From: an uncultured Spirochaetota bacterium | GTDB taxonomy: Bacteria; Spirochaetota; Spirochaetia; SZUA-6; Fen-1364 | Assembly (NCBI GenBank): GCA_963781885.1 | Contig: CAWAHW010000001.1 | Location: 352,001-416,000, forward strand | Direction of reading: 5' to 3' | DNA length: 64,000 nucleotides | Shown here: positions 20,368 through 29,781 of the stretch, in pieces | Layout: each line of letters starts with the position of its first letter | How positions within the stretch are numbered: position 1 is the stretch's first letter | Notes under the pieces: model-generated | What the model was told of the DNA's origin: nothing | The model's input: the letters and a program-made list of their open reading frames with translations, nothing else | Databases searched by the model: none | Made by a program: the position numbers and the translations under genes

Positions 20368-21582
20368 TCACCCCTTCGAGGGGTCGTAGCGGTGGCGCTC
20401 GTCGGAGGATTCCACGTGCACGTCGGGCCGGCGCAGGACTTCCTCCCGCAGCCTGGTGCCCAGGCCCGGAGCGTCGGAAAGTGAAAGCATGCCGTCGGCG
20501 ATGTGGACGTCCTCCGTCACCACTTCGGGGTACCAGCCCCGACAGTACGAGCGGACCGTTTCCATGACCATTGCGTTGGGGATGTGCAGCATCAGGTGCG
20601 CGGCGGACCGCAGCGACACCGGACCGATGGCGTCATGCGTCGTGATGGGCAGGTAGTAGGTGTCGGCAAGGGTGCAGATCCTGCGTGTTTCGGTGAGACC
20701 GCCCGTCCAGGCGAGATCGGGCATGACAATATCGGCAGCATTCTGCTGGACGAATTGTCGGAAGCCGAATCGCGTGAAGACGCGCTCGCTCGCGCACAGC
20801 GGTATCGTGGTGGCAGCCTTCAGCCGCATGTAGGATTCTATGTTGTCGGGCGGGATCATTTCCTCCAGCCACATGATATCCAGCGGTTCCAACGCCCGCG
20901 CGATCCGCACGGCATGCGGGAGATCCCACCGCGTATGGCCTTCGATGGCGATCCGCATCCGGTCTCCGACGGCCTTGCGGATGTTTTCGACGTATGAGAC
21001 GCCCTTTTTGAGATTCTCCGTGCTGAGCGTGTGCGTGACGGGGCCCACTGCCTCCGCTCCCGCCCGCTGCCCGATAGGTCCGCCTAGTGAGGTGCCGAAC
21101 TGGTCGAAGGGCCAGATCTTCATGGCCGTGATGCCTTCGCGGAGGAGATCCGCGGCCAGCTCGCCCGCGCGGCCTTCGCGCCACGTGTGGTAGTCTTGAA
21201 GGGGTCCATAGCTGATGCACGTGTTGTAGATGGGGATGCGGTCTCTGTTGCGGCCACCCAGCAGCGCGTAAATGGGCTCTCCACAGTGTTGGCCGAGTAT
21301 GTCCCAAAGCGCCACGTCCACGGCGCTCAACGCGCGGGTCTCGGCGCCGGCGTACCCGAAGAAGTTCACGGTGGAGAACAGGTTCGCCCAGTGATTGTCG
21401 ATGTCGCGCGGGTCACGCCCCAGGAGGAGCGTTGCAAAAACGTCATGGATGATGGCGCTCACGGCGCGCGGCGCGTAGTAGGTCTCGCCCAGACCCACCA
21501 GACCGTCGTCGGTGTGGATGCGCAGCCACATCGTGTTCGGTTGTGCGTCGAACCAGATGGTCTCCAGGCGCGCGATCTTCAC
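20368..21582 (-). CDS. Mandelate racemase/enolase superfamily dehydratase
   Basis: GLVGLGE, SAVDVALWDI, KIWPFD, WLEE, ASER, GGLTE, APGLG. Confidence 0.88.
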   Translation of the reverse strand: MKIARLETIWFDAQPNTMWLRIHTDDGLVGLGETYYAPRAVSAIIHDVFATLLLGRDPRDIDNHWANLFSTVNFFGYAGAETRALSAVDVALWDILGQHCGEPIYALLGGRNRDRIPIYNTCISYGPLQDYHTWREGRAGELAADLLREGITAMKIWPFDQFGTSLGGPIGQRAGAEAVGPVTHTLSTENLKKGVSYVENIRKAVGDRMRIAIEGHTRWDLPHAVRIARALEPLDIMWLEEMIPPDNIESYMRLKAATTIPLCASERVFTRFGFRQFVQQNAADIVMPDLAWTGGLTETRRICTLADTYYLPITTHDAIGPVSLRSAAHLMLHIPNAMVMETVRSYCRGWYPEVVTEDVHIADGMLSLSDAPGLGTRLREEVLRRPDVHVESSDERHRYDPSKG

Positions 21583-21684
21583 GGCAAGCTGAAATGTAGT
21601 GAAAGTGGTGCCGGTCGGCCACCGCAGCCACGGTACATCGTGGCATTTGCGGCCACCGGATTCCGGCGGCGACAGGCGGCTGCT

Positions 21685-22773
21685 CTACGGCGTCACCGGG
21701 AAACGGATCGGCGCGTGCGTCTCCTGGGAGCGGTAGATCGCCGTGACGATCTCCACGGTCTTGCGGCCCTCCTCCCCGCTCACCGCGGGCGCGCGTCCCT
21801 GCCGGATTGCCTGCACGAAATCATTCACCTGCTGCTGATGGTAGTACTCGGTGGCCGGCACTTTCTTGAAGAGCTCCGCGTCCTCTTTCTGCCACTGGGC
21901 CAGGAGCTGCTCCTCGCCGGGCACGGTCCAGCGGTAATTGATCGGCGGCTCGGCGATGGTGGTCATGCCGGCAATAAACATCGCACCGCCATCGGTCTGC
22001 ACGCCCACCGTGGCGCCATTGTCGCCGTGGACCCATACCTTGCCGAAGAGCGCGGGATTCTGTGCATTGCTCACGACGATGCTCCCCAGCGCTCCGCCCC
22101 TGAATCTGAGGATTGCCACGCCCGTATCCTCCACCTCGATGTAGGGGTGATTGAGATTCGCCCAGTAGCCGCACAGCTCTTCCACCGGCCCCATGTACCA
22201 CTGCAGGAGGTCGATCTGGTGCGGCGCTTGGTTTGCAAGCACCCCGCCGCCTTCCTCCTTCCACGTGCCGCGCCAGGGGTCGCTGTCGTAGTAGCGCTTG
22301 TCGCGCCAGCCCAGCATGTGGACCGTGCCGAGCACCGGCCGGCCGATTTTGCCGTCGTCGATCGCCCGCCGCACGCGCTGCACGGGGGCATACCACCGGC
22401 GCTGCGCGATGGAGCCCAGCAGCACGCCGGCCTTTTTTGCCGCGGCGATCATCGCATCGCAGTCCGAAAGGCTCATCGCCAGCGGCTTTTCCACCAGCGC
22501 GTGCGCACCTGCGCGGATCGCGGCAAGGGCCGCCTCCGCGTGAAAGGGATGCGCGTTGCAGACGATGGCGAGGTCGATCGATTCCTTTTTCACCATCTCG
22601 CCGATGTCGCGGTGCGCGCTCACGCCATACTGCCCGGCAAAATCCCGCGCCTTCTCAAATGTCCTGTTCCAGACCGCGGCAAGCTCCGCGTCCGCAAGAC
22701 CCGCAAGACCCCGCGCGTAGATGTGGGCGACCTTTCCGCACCCGAGTAGTGCGGCCCTGACTTTCTCCTTCAC
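21685..22773 (-). CDS. Gfo/Idh/MocA oxidoreductase
   Basis: GCGKVA, VEKP, GGGVLANQAPHQID, EVED. Confidence 0.92.
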   Translation of the reverse strand: MKEKVRAALLGCGKVAHIYARGLAGLADAELAAVWNRTFEKARDFAGQYGVSAHRDIGEMVKKESIDLAIVCNAHPFHAEAALAAIRAGAHALVEKPLAMSLSDCDAMIAAAKKAGVLLGSIAQRRWYAPVQRVRRAIDDGKIGRPVLGTVHMLGWRDKRYYDSDPWRGTWKEEGGGVLANQAPHQIDLLQWYMGPVEELCGYWANLNHPYIEVEDTGVAILRFRGGALGSIVVSNAQNPALFGKVWVHGDNGATVGVQTDGGAMFIAGMTTIAEPPINYRWTVPGEEQLLAQWQKEDAELFKKVPATEYYHQQQVNDFVQAIRQGRAPAVSGEEGRKTVEIVTAIYRSQETHAPIRFPVTP

Positions 22774-22774
22774 C

Positions 22775-23572
22775 TCAGAAGTCCCTGTTGAACCCCGAGG
22801 TCCACCCGCCGTCGACCACGAGATTCTGGCCGTTCACGTACGACGCACGTTCTGATGCGAGGAAAAGCACCGCCTCTGCGATTTCCTCCGGTTCGCCCGG
22901 CCTTCCTTCCGGTATGAACGACACGAGGCGCTGGGCGAACTCTTTGAAGCTGCCGTCCTCACCGTAGAAGAGCTTCCGCGTCGGCTCCGTGACCGTGGAG
23001 CCGGGCGACACGGCATTCACCCGTATCCCCAATGGCCCCAGCTCGCAGGCCATGGCCTCCGTCATCTTGATGACCGCCGCTTTCGCCGCCACGAAGCCGA
23101 TCTGCAGCCGCAGCGCGACGACGCCCGCCGCCGATGCGATATTCACGATCGCGCCGGACTTCTGCCGCACCATGAGCGCGGCGCCGGCCCGTGCGCAGTA
23201 GAATGTGCCGCTCAGGTCCACGCCGATGATGCGCCGCCAGGTCTCCTCGGGATACCTGTCCACGGTCACGCGCTCATCCTGGCCCGTCGTGTTGATGCCG
23301 GCATTGTTCACCAATATGTCCAGCCGGCCGAATCTTTCAGCCATGGCGTCGAAAAGGGCGTGCACCTGCCCGGGATCGCTCACGTCACAGGCGATGAAAT
23401 GACCGCGGCCGCCCAGCTCTTCCGCCGTCGCGCGGCCCTCCGCTGCCTTGACGTCGGAGACGATCACCGTCGCCTGGGCCGTGGCAAGCGCCTTGGCGAC
23501 GGCCTTCCCGATGCCCTGCGCGGCACCCGTGACCACCGCCACCTTGCCTTGCAGATCCTTTTCCATATGCAC
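22775..23572 (-). CDS. SDR oxidoreductase with FxxxK in place of YxxxK
   Basis: TGAAQGIG, NNAG, GFVAAK, VDGG. Confidence 0.9.
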   Translation of the reverse strand: MHMEKDLQGKVAVVTGAAQGIGKAVAKALATAQATVIVSDVKAAEGRATAEELGGRGHFIACDVSDPGQVHALFDAMAERFGRLDILVNNAGINTTGQDERVTVDRYPEETWRRIIGVDLSGTFYCARAGAALMVRQKSGAIVNIASAAGVVALRLQIGFVAAKAAVIKMTEAMACELGPLGIRVNAVSPGSTVTEPTRKLFYGEDGSFKEFAQRLVSFIPEGRPGEPEEIAEAVLFLASERASYVNGQNLVVDGGWTSGFNRDF

Positions 23573-23589
23573 CTCGTGTCGAGAGAATG

Positions 23590-24726
23590 TCAGGGAGCGG
23601 ACCGATAGCTGCCATAGAGGAGCGCCGCGTCGTAGAGCGCGGTGATTTTCTCCGGCGGGATGTCAAACTGTATGTTGTGCACCGGCGTGAAGACAAAGCC
23701 GCCACCGGGGGCAAGATCCGCGGTGCGCCGGCGCACCTCTTCACGCACCTCGTCGATCGTGCCGAAGGGCAGGACATGCTGCGTGTCGCAGCCGCCGCCC
23801 CAGAAGGTGACGCGGTCCCCGAACTTCCTCTTCAGCTCGCGCGAATCCATGCCGGCCGCGGAGACCTGCACGGGGTTGATCGCATCGATGCCGATCTCGA
23901 TCAGGTCGGGGATGAGCTCCGCGATGGCCCCGCAGCTGTGGATCAGGATTTTCGCGTTCGAGTGCTCCTTCAGGAACGCATAGAACTTCGCCTGGCGCGG
24001 CTTGATGAATGCGCGATAGAGCGCGGGCGATATCATGAGGCCGCTCTCCGTGCCCAGGTCGTCGGCAACCTTGATGACGTCGACGCGCGTGCCCACCGCG
24101 GCGAGCGCTTTGGCCGCAAGGCGCAGCGCGTAGTCGAGCATCCGGTCCAGAAGCTCCTCGATGAAGTCCACGTTGATGAGGAAGTCCATGTAGAACTGCG
24201 CGTGCCCGCGCAGCCAGGAGGGAAGACCGAAGATGGTTTCGCTGAAGCCGTTCAGGACGACGCCGTACGGGCTTTCGTCATGGAGCTCCGCGGCCGCCTG
24301 CGCGAGCCCTTCGAACCTGCGCGGATCCTCCGGGTCGGGCCAGGCGAAGCGGTCGAGGTCTTCGCGCGTCGCTTCCGCAAGCGGATGCGCGAACATGTCG
24401 TAGTAGTTGCCGTCCGCCCCCGGCCGATAGCGCACGCCCCACTCGTCGCGGTAGCTTCCATCGGGATCGCCCTGCCAGCCGCGCGCCGGCTTCAGGAAGA
24501 GCTGGCGCGTGTCGATGCCGAATCTCCGCAGCACCGGCTCGTCCACCCGCACCACCTGCTGCATGCGGTCGATGAGGGGCGGCTCCGCCAGGTCCATGCC
24601 CAGGTGCGTGAGCAAAAGTCTGTAGGCCTTTCGATGGATCGAGGTCGCGGAGTTGCCCATGTCCAGCGGGACCCGGTCGGGTTCCTGGTGGGCAAGGGCC
24701 CGCAACAGCCTTTCGCGTGGCGTCAT
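23590..24726 (-). CDS. Uroporphyrinogen decarboxylase/MtaA-like TIM-barrel protein
   Basis: MTPRER, PDRVP, DEWG, LRG, ADDLG, HSCG, NPVQ, FWGG, GGGF, HNIQ. Confidence 0.9.
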   Translation of the reverse strand: MTPRERLLRALAHQEPDRVPLDMGNSATSIHRKAYRLLLTHLGMDLAEPPLIDRMQQVVRVDEPVLRRFGIDTRQLFLKPARGWQGDPDGSYRDEWGVRYRPGADGNYYDMFAHPLAEATREDLDRFAWPDPEDPRRFEGLAQAAAELHDESPYGVVLNGFSETIFGLPSWLRGHAQFYMDFLINVDFIEELLDRMLDYALRLAAKALAAVGTRVDVIKVADDLGTESGLMISPALYRAFIKPRQAKFYAFLKEHSNAKILIHSCGAIAELIPDLIEIGIDAINPVQVSAAGMDSRELKRKFGDRVTFWGGGCDTQHVLPFGTIDEVREEVRRRTADLAPGGGFVFTPVHNIQFDIPPEKITALYDAALLYGSYRSAP

Positions 24727-24749
24727 TCCCTGTCCTTGTCGCCCGGACT

Positions 24750-26243
24750 TTAGCTCACGGCTTCGCCAAGAGAAGCCCTGATGATGTTTTCCTTCGTCAG
24801 GCGCTCGCCGCCGAGCTCTTCCCTGATTTTACCATCATACATGACGAGCACACGGTCGCACACGTGCACGAGCTCGTCCGTCGTCGTCGAATAGAAGAGG
24901 ATGCCGTTGCCGTCGCGCGCGAGGTCCCGCATGAGGTGGAATATCTCCGTTTTCGTGCCGACGTCGACGCCGCGGGTCGGATCGAACATGAGGAAGATGC
25001 TCGGGTGCGCCGAGAGGAGCTTGGCGATGACGACCTTTTGCTGATTGCCGCCGCTCAGGGTGCCGACGCGCGACTCCATGCTTTCCGCCTTGATCTTCAG
25101 CACCTGCATAAGGTCGGCCGCGACCTTCCGCTCTTTGCGCATGCTCACCAGTCCGTTCACCTCGAGGCTCCGGAGGATGGGCAGCGTGATATTCTCCCGT
25201 ATCGCCATCGACATGACCAGGCCCTGGTTTCCCTTGTCCTCGGGTATCAGGGCGATGCCGCTGGCGATGCTGCCGCGCGGGTTTTTAATCTCCACCTTTG
25301 CGCCGTTCACGACGATATCCCCGCGGGCTTTCATGATGCCGAACAGTGACAGGAAAAGCGGCGTCTGCCCCTGGCCGACCAGACCGCCGACACCCAGCAC
25401 CTCGCCCCGGTGGAGCTTCAGGCCGACGTCAGCCATCTTCCCTTCGATGCTGAGACCCCGGGTCTCCAGGATTACCTCGTCGCCGATATGGCTCTCCTTC
25501 TTCGGGAAGTAGTTCGTCACCTCCCTGCCGAGCATGAGCGACACGAGCTCGTCGGAGCTCGTCTCCCCCATTGCCCGCACGCCGACATGGGTTCCATTGC
25601 GGAACACGGTCACCTTGTCGGCGACATTCTTCACCTCGTTCATCCGGTGGGAGATGAAGATCACGATCTTCTTCTGCGTCGCAAGCTGCCGCATGAGGCG
25701 CAGCAGCCATTCCACCCGGTCCTCCGCCAGCCCGGCGGTCGGCTCGTCCAGCACGAGCACCTGCGGCTCACGGGCGAGCACCTTCACGATCTCCACGACC
25801 TGCTGCTCGGACACGGTGAGCTTGCTCACCTCGGTTTTCGGGTCGATGCCCGACACCTGGTAGGACTCCAGCAGCGCGGCGGTCTTTCGGTTCAGGACCT
25901 TGCCGGGCATCGTGCCGAACGCGTTCATGGCGCCGCGCCCGAAGAAGACATTCTCCGCCACGGTGAAGACCGGCACGAGGCTCAGCTCCTGGAAGACCGT
26001 TCCGATGCCCGCCCGGATCGCCCCCCGCGGCGATTTCGTATGGACGGGCACACCGTCCAGCGTGATGCTCCCCCTGTCCTGCCGCACGACCCTGCTCAGG
26101 ATGCGCACGAGCGTGCTCTTGCCGGCGCCGTTTTCCCCCAGCAGGGCGTGGATTTCGCCTCGATTCGCGGCAAAGTCCGCTCCGATGAGGGCTTTGACTT
26201 CCCCATAGGACTTCGTGATGTCTTCCATCAGTAGATCAGGCAT
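24750..26243 (-). CDS. Sugar (CUT2/RbsA-type) ABC transporter ATP-binding protein
   Basis: GENGAGKST, LDEPT, LSGGNQQK, PTRGVDVG. Confidence 0.93.
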   Translation of the reverse strand: MPDLLMEDITKSYGEVKALIGADFAANRGEIHALLGENGAGKSTLVRILSRVVRQDRGSITLDGVPVHTKSPRGAIRAGIGTVFQELSLVPVFTVAENVFFGRGAMNAFGTMPGKVLNRKTAALLESYQVSGIDPKTEVSKLTVSEQQVVEIVKVLAREPQVLVLDEPTAGLAEDRVEWLLRLMRQLATQKKIVIFISHRMNEVKNVADKVTVFRNGTHVGVRAMGETSSDELVSLMLGREVTNYFPKKESHIGDEVILETRGLSIEGKMADVGLKLHRGEVLGVGGLVGQGQTPLFLSLFGIMKARGDIVVNGAKVEIKNPRGSIASGIALIPEDKGNQGLVMSMAIRENITLPILRSLEVNGLVSMRKERKVAADLMQVLKIKAESMESRVGTLSGGNQQKVVIAKLLSAHPSIFLMFDPTRGVDVGTKTEIFHLMRDLARDGNGILFYSTTTDELVHVCDRVLVMYDGKIREELGGERLTKENIIRASLGEAVS

Positions 26244-26276
26244 GTGGACCGGCTTTCCGTGCGATGATGAAATGAA

Positions 26277-26316
26277 GAACGGTATCTTCCCGCGTCGCCG
26301 CGGGTCGATACCGTTC
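26277..26316 (-). terminator. Strong hairpin after the solute-binding gene (partial terminator or mRNA stabiliser)
   Basis: GAACGGTATC-GA-CCCGCG-GCGA-CGCGGG-AA-GATACCGTTC, followed by TTCATTTCA. Confidence 0.6.
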
Positions 26317-26327
26317 ACACGTCGCGC

Positions 26328-27353
26328 CTACTGGGTGACGACAGCCTCCTGGGCCGTCAGTTGCACCGGGAAATCCTTCGGCAGCACGGGCCAGTCGAAG
26401 CCATACGGCATTTCGCGCCAGGCGTTCACGCCCAGGGCGATCTTTTCAAGGGGCGCGCCGGCATTGATGCTCGAGTCGGTGGCGAGGAACAGCGGGTCGA
26501 TGAGCATGTGCTTCGGCGGGTTGGCGCCCTTGAGGATATCGATCGCGGTCTTGTAGGCAAGGGCGCCCAGACCGGGGATGTTGTTGGCGATGATCACGTT
26601 GGCCTTGGCGTCGATTGCCGCCAGGATGTCGCCGTTGTAGTCGAAGCCGGACATGGGAACCATGGGATGGCCGGCGTCCGTGAGCGCCTTGATCACGGGG
26701 CCCGTGTAGCCCTGGGTGAAGACGGCGGCGATCTTCGGCCGGGACGCCATGATGCTGTTCATGCCCTGCAGGGTGGGTCCCTGCGCGTACTGTCCATCGA
26801 ATCCCGCGACGATCTTGATGCCCGGGTACTGGGCGAAGACGGCGCGCGCGCCATCCTCCAGCTGCTTGGAAATCGGGGCGCCGGGGAGGCCGCGGTCAAT
26901 GACGATGTCGCCCTTGCCGCCGATGGCCTTCGCGATATACGTGGCCTGGACCTTGGGGACCTTGTTGAAGTCCGTCTCGATCTTCCAGGCCTGCGCGTGA
27001 TCGACGACCTGGTCGAAGGAGATGATGACGACGCCCGCCTTGATGGCGCGGTCGATGGCGGGGTTCAGCGCGCTCGGGGACGCTGCGTCCACGAGGATGG
27101 CCTGGTAGCCCTGCTTCACGAGGCTGTCGATCGAATCGGACTGGGCCTCGGGCGTGTTGTCGCAGTTGATGATGGTGAGCGTCGCCTGGCTCTTGAGCGG
27201 CTCCTTGCCGGCAACGGCCTGGGCGACCTTTTCCATTTCCTGCCGCCAGTCGTTGCCCATGAACGAGTTGCTCAAGGCAATCTTGAAAGGAGCCGCCATT
27301 GCAAGAGAGGCTCCGCACAGAATCAATATGGCCAGGAGAAGTATTCTCTTCAT
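26328..27353 (-). CDS. Sugar ABC transporter periplasmic substrate-binding protein
   Basis: Signal peptide; IALSNSFMGNDWR; class I periplasmic-binding pattern (GVVIISFD). Confidence 0.9.
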   Translation of the reverse strand: MKRILLLAILILCGASLAMAAPFKIALSNSFMGNDWRQEMEKVAQAVAGKEPLKSQATLTIINCDNTPEAQSDSIDSLVKQGYQAILVDAASPSALNPAIDRAIKAGVVIISFDQVVDHAQAWKIETDFNKVPKVQATYIAKAIGGKGDIVIDRGLPGAPISKQLEDGARAVFAQYPGIKIVAGFDGQYAQGPTLQGMNSIMASRPKIAAVFTQGYTGPVIKALTDAGHPMVPMSGFDYNGDILAAIDAKANVIIANNIPGLGALAYKTAIDILKGANPPKHMLIDPLFLATDSSINAGAPLEKIALGVNAWREMPYGFDWPVLPKDFPVQLTAQEAVVTQ

Positions 27354-27490
27354 GTCCTTCCTTCCTCCGTTTGCTGTGTTTGAAAAACTTTGTGGATGTA
27401 AGAACGGAAAGAACGGTTTTCAGATTGGCATGCGCGACCTTCTCATCTGAAGGGTTTCGTGTAGGTCATCGGTCCACCTCCTTCTCTCTG

Positions 27491-28672
27491 CTACTCCATG
27501 CCCCAGGGAAACAGATTCAGGATCTCGTTGCCGGTCTCGGTCACCGCGACCATGCGCTCCAGCCGGGCCCCCGTGCTGCCGCCGGGACCTGCATAGACTC
27601 CCGGCTCGAAGCAGAAGACCATGCCGGTCTCCACGGGTGTGTTTTCAAACGGAACGACCCGGGGATTCTCATTGACGGTGGCGCCGATCTGGTGACCCGA
27701 GTAGTGGGTGACGCCGAATCCGTTCTTTGCGAACGCGTCCCGCACCGCGGCATCCACGTCAGAGCAGCGTGCGCCGGGCTTCAAGGCGCCGACTGCCGCC
27801 TCGAAACCGTCACGCGCGCCCTTGAAGTAGCGCCTCTGCTCCGCGGTGGGCTCCCGGCCGAAGACGACGACATTGCAGCAGTCCGACCAGTAGCCGTCCA
27901 CGCGCACGCTGATGTCGAGGATGCCGGTATCCCCCGCGCTGATGCGCCGCTGCTGCGGGCCGCCGGGGTAGCGCACTTCGCAGGTGCGCGGGCCCGTGAC
28001 AAGCTCGCCGACCAGCGGCACGGGGCTGCTTTTCTGCGCCGCCTCCTGCACGCGCGTGCCCAGGGCGGCCCACACCTCGAGCTCTGTTGCATTCGTGAAG
28101 TGCTGCGCCGCGTGCACGAGCTCCATCTGCCCGGCGTCCGCGATACGTGCGGCATTGCGCAGCAGGTCTATTTCCCGCCTTGTCTTGCGCCGGCGCGCCG
28201 CGTCCATGCTCGGTCTGCAGCTCACAGGTGAGGCCTTTTTGAACTCCTCCGCCAGGAGCTGCACGAGCGCCGCGGGGAGGGTTTCCAGCTCGATGCCGAT
28301 TTTCGTGCGCGTGCCGGGCGCCACGCCCGCGGCGCGCAGGGCGTCCCGCACGCAGCCGACAAAGCTTGCCAGGGGATCCACGGCCTTGAAAGTGTCGAAT
28401 ATGGGGTACTGCTTGATCGCGCCGAGCCTGTTTTCCGCCTTGGCCAGCCCTCCATAGGTATCGGCGACGAGCAGGACGCCGCTTTCTTCCCGGGCATTGA
28501 CGAGCACGAGGGCGAGCGGGTAGCCGCCGGAAAAGTCTGTCGGCGCACCCAGCGGCATCGGCACGTCGAAGCCGCTCACGTACGCGACGTTTTCATGAGA
28601 CGAGAGAAGTGCGAAGTCGAGCCCGGCATCACGGAGATTCGCGCACGCGCGTGAAAGCTCTTCTATTGCCAT
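27491..28672 (-). CDS. M24 (creatinase/Xaa-Pro peptidase fold) metallohydrolase
   Basis: RRRKTRREI, LDI...GYWSD, GHQIG, FEPGVY, GARLE. Confidence 0.85.
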   Translation of the reverse strand: MAIEELSRACANLRDAGLDFALLSSHENVAYVSGFDVPMPLGAPTDFSGGYPLALVLVNAREESGVLLVADTYGGLAKAENRLGAIKQYPIFDTFKAVDPLASFVGCVRDALRAAGVAPGTRTKIGIELETLPAALVQLLAEEFKKASPVSCRPSMDAARRRKTRREIDLLRNAARIADAGQMELVHAAQHFTNATELEVWAALGTRVQEAAQKSSPVPLVGELVTGPRTCEVRYPGGPQQRRISAGDTGILDISVRVDGYWSDCCNVVVFGREPTAEQRRYFKGARDGFEAAVGALKPGARCSDVDAAVRDAFAKNGFGVTHYSGHQIGATVNENPRVVPFENTPVETGMVFCFEPGVYAGPGGSTGARLERMVAVTETGNEILNLFPWGME

Positions 28673-28715
28673 ATCCCCACCTCCGCAAAGCGGATGAGAC
28701 CGTTGTACGGCGAAA

Positions 28716-28786
28716 AACGTACGTCAAGAAAGCGCCAATGTCAACAGTTAACAGGAGCTTGACGACCTCCCCTGCGCGAGTAGAAT
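28716..28786. promoter_or_regulatory. Divergent sigma70 promoters of the catabolic island
   Basis: Minus strand TTGACA-17-TACGTT; plus strand TTGACG-16-TAGAAT. Confidence 0.5.
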
Positions 28787-28836
28787 GGCCAGAGCGTCCA
28801 GTTGAGCTGCCATCGTTGTGCGCCAAGGAGAGCCTG

Positions 28837-29781
28837 ATGAAGCTGCAACCGAGAAGCTTCATTCCCTATGTCATCCTGATTGCGCTGATCGTGAGCACCT
28901 CGGCTCTGCAGCCGAACATCGTCAGTCTCGACTGGCTGGGAATCAAGACGAATTCCATCCTGCCGCTTGCCTTGGCCACGGCCGGCCAGACGCTCGTGCT
29001 TTTCACCGGCGGCATCGACCTCTCCATCGGCGGGGTGATCAGCCTCACGAACAGTCTCGAAGGCACGCGGATGTCCAACAGCGTGGAAAGCGTCGTGCTG
29101 TTCACGCTGGGCATGCTCGTGCTCGGTCTCCTCCTGGGCGCCGTGAATGGCATCATCATCGTGCGCGTCGGCCTCCAGCCCTTCATTGCCACGCTCGTCA
29201 CGTGGTCCATCTACGGCGGGCTCGCGCTCTGGATCCTGCCCACGGACCGAGGCAACGTGCCGCAGGGCTTCATCGACGTGCTGCTTGCCCACCCGGCGGG
29301 CATACCCGTGTCCCTCATGCTTCTCGTGGTACTCGGCCTTTTCTGGCTCTATCTGAAAAGGACGCCGCTGGGCAAGTCGATCCTGTCCCTGGGAAGCAAC
29401 GCAAAGGCAGCCGCCCTCAGCGGCATCAACGTGGACAGGGTGCGTCTCACCGTCTATGCCCTGTCGGGATTCTTCGCCGCCACCGCGGGCATCTACCGCA
29501 CGGCGCAGGTCGCGTCGGGCTCGCCGACGGCGGGCAACAGCTTCATCCTGCTCTCCGTGTCCGCCGCCGTCATCGGCGGCACGAGCCTCTCCGGCGGCAG
29601 GGGCAGCATCATCGGCAGCATCATCGGCGTGTGCGTCCTGAAGCTGATCGGCGACCTGCTGGTGTTTTCCGGTGTCTCCTCCCACTGGGCGGCGCTCTTC
29701 CAGGGGCTGCTCCTCATCTTCATCATCGCTTTTGTCTCGATCACCGAGCTGGTGAAGCGCCGGCGGGAGGGCCTGCTATGA
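28837..29781 (+). CDS. Sugar ABC transporter permease
   Basis: GQTLVLFTGGIDLS, PFIATL, VIGGTSLSGGRG. Confidence 0.92.
   Translation: MKLQPRSFIPYVILIALIVSTSALQPNIVSLDWLGIKTNSILPLALATAGQTLVLFTGGIDLSIGGVISLTNSLEGTRMSNSVESVVLFTLGMLVLGLLLGAVNGIIIVRVGLQPFIATLVTWSIYGGLALWILPTDRGNVPQGFIDVLLAHPAGIPVSLMLLVVLGLFWLYLKRTPLGKSILSLGSNAKAAALSGINVDRVRLTVYALSGFFAATAGIYRTAQVASGSPTAGNSFILLSVSAAVIGGTSLSGGRGSIIGSIIGVCVLKLIGDLLVFSGVSSHWAALFQGLLLIFIIAFVSITELVKRRREGLL

Noticed and set aside
27443-27469. MTYTKP as a lasso-peptide leader (YxxP)
   Set aside because: The ORF stops after 8 codons and no lasso cyclase, peptidase or RRE genes are present.
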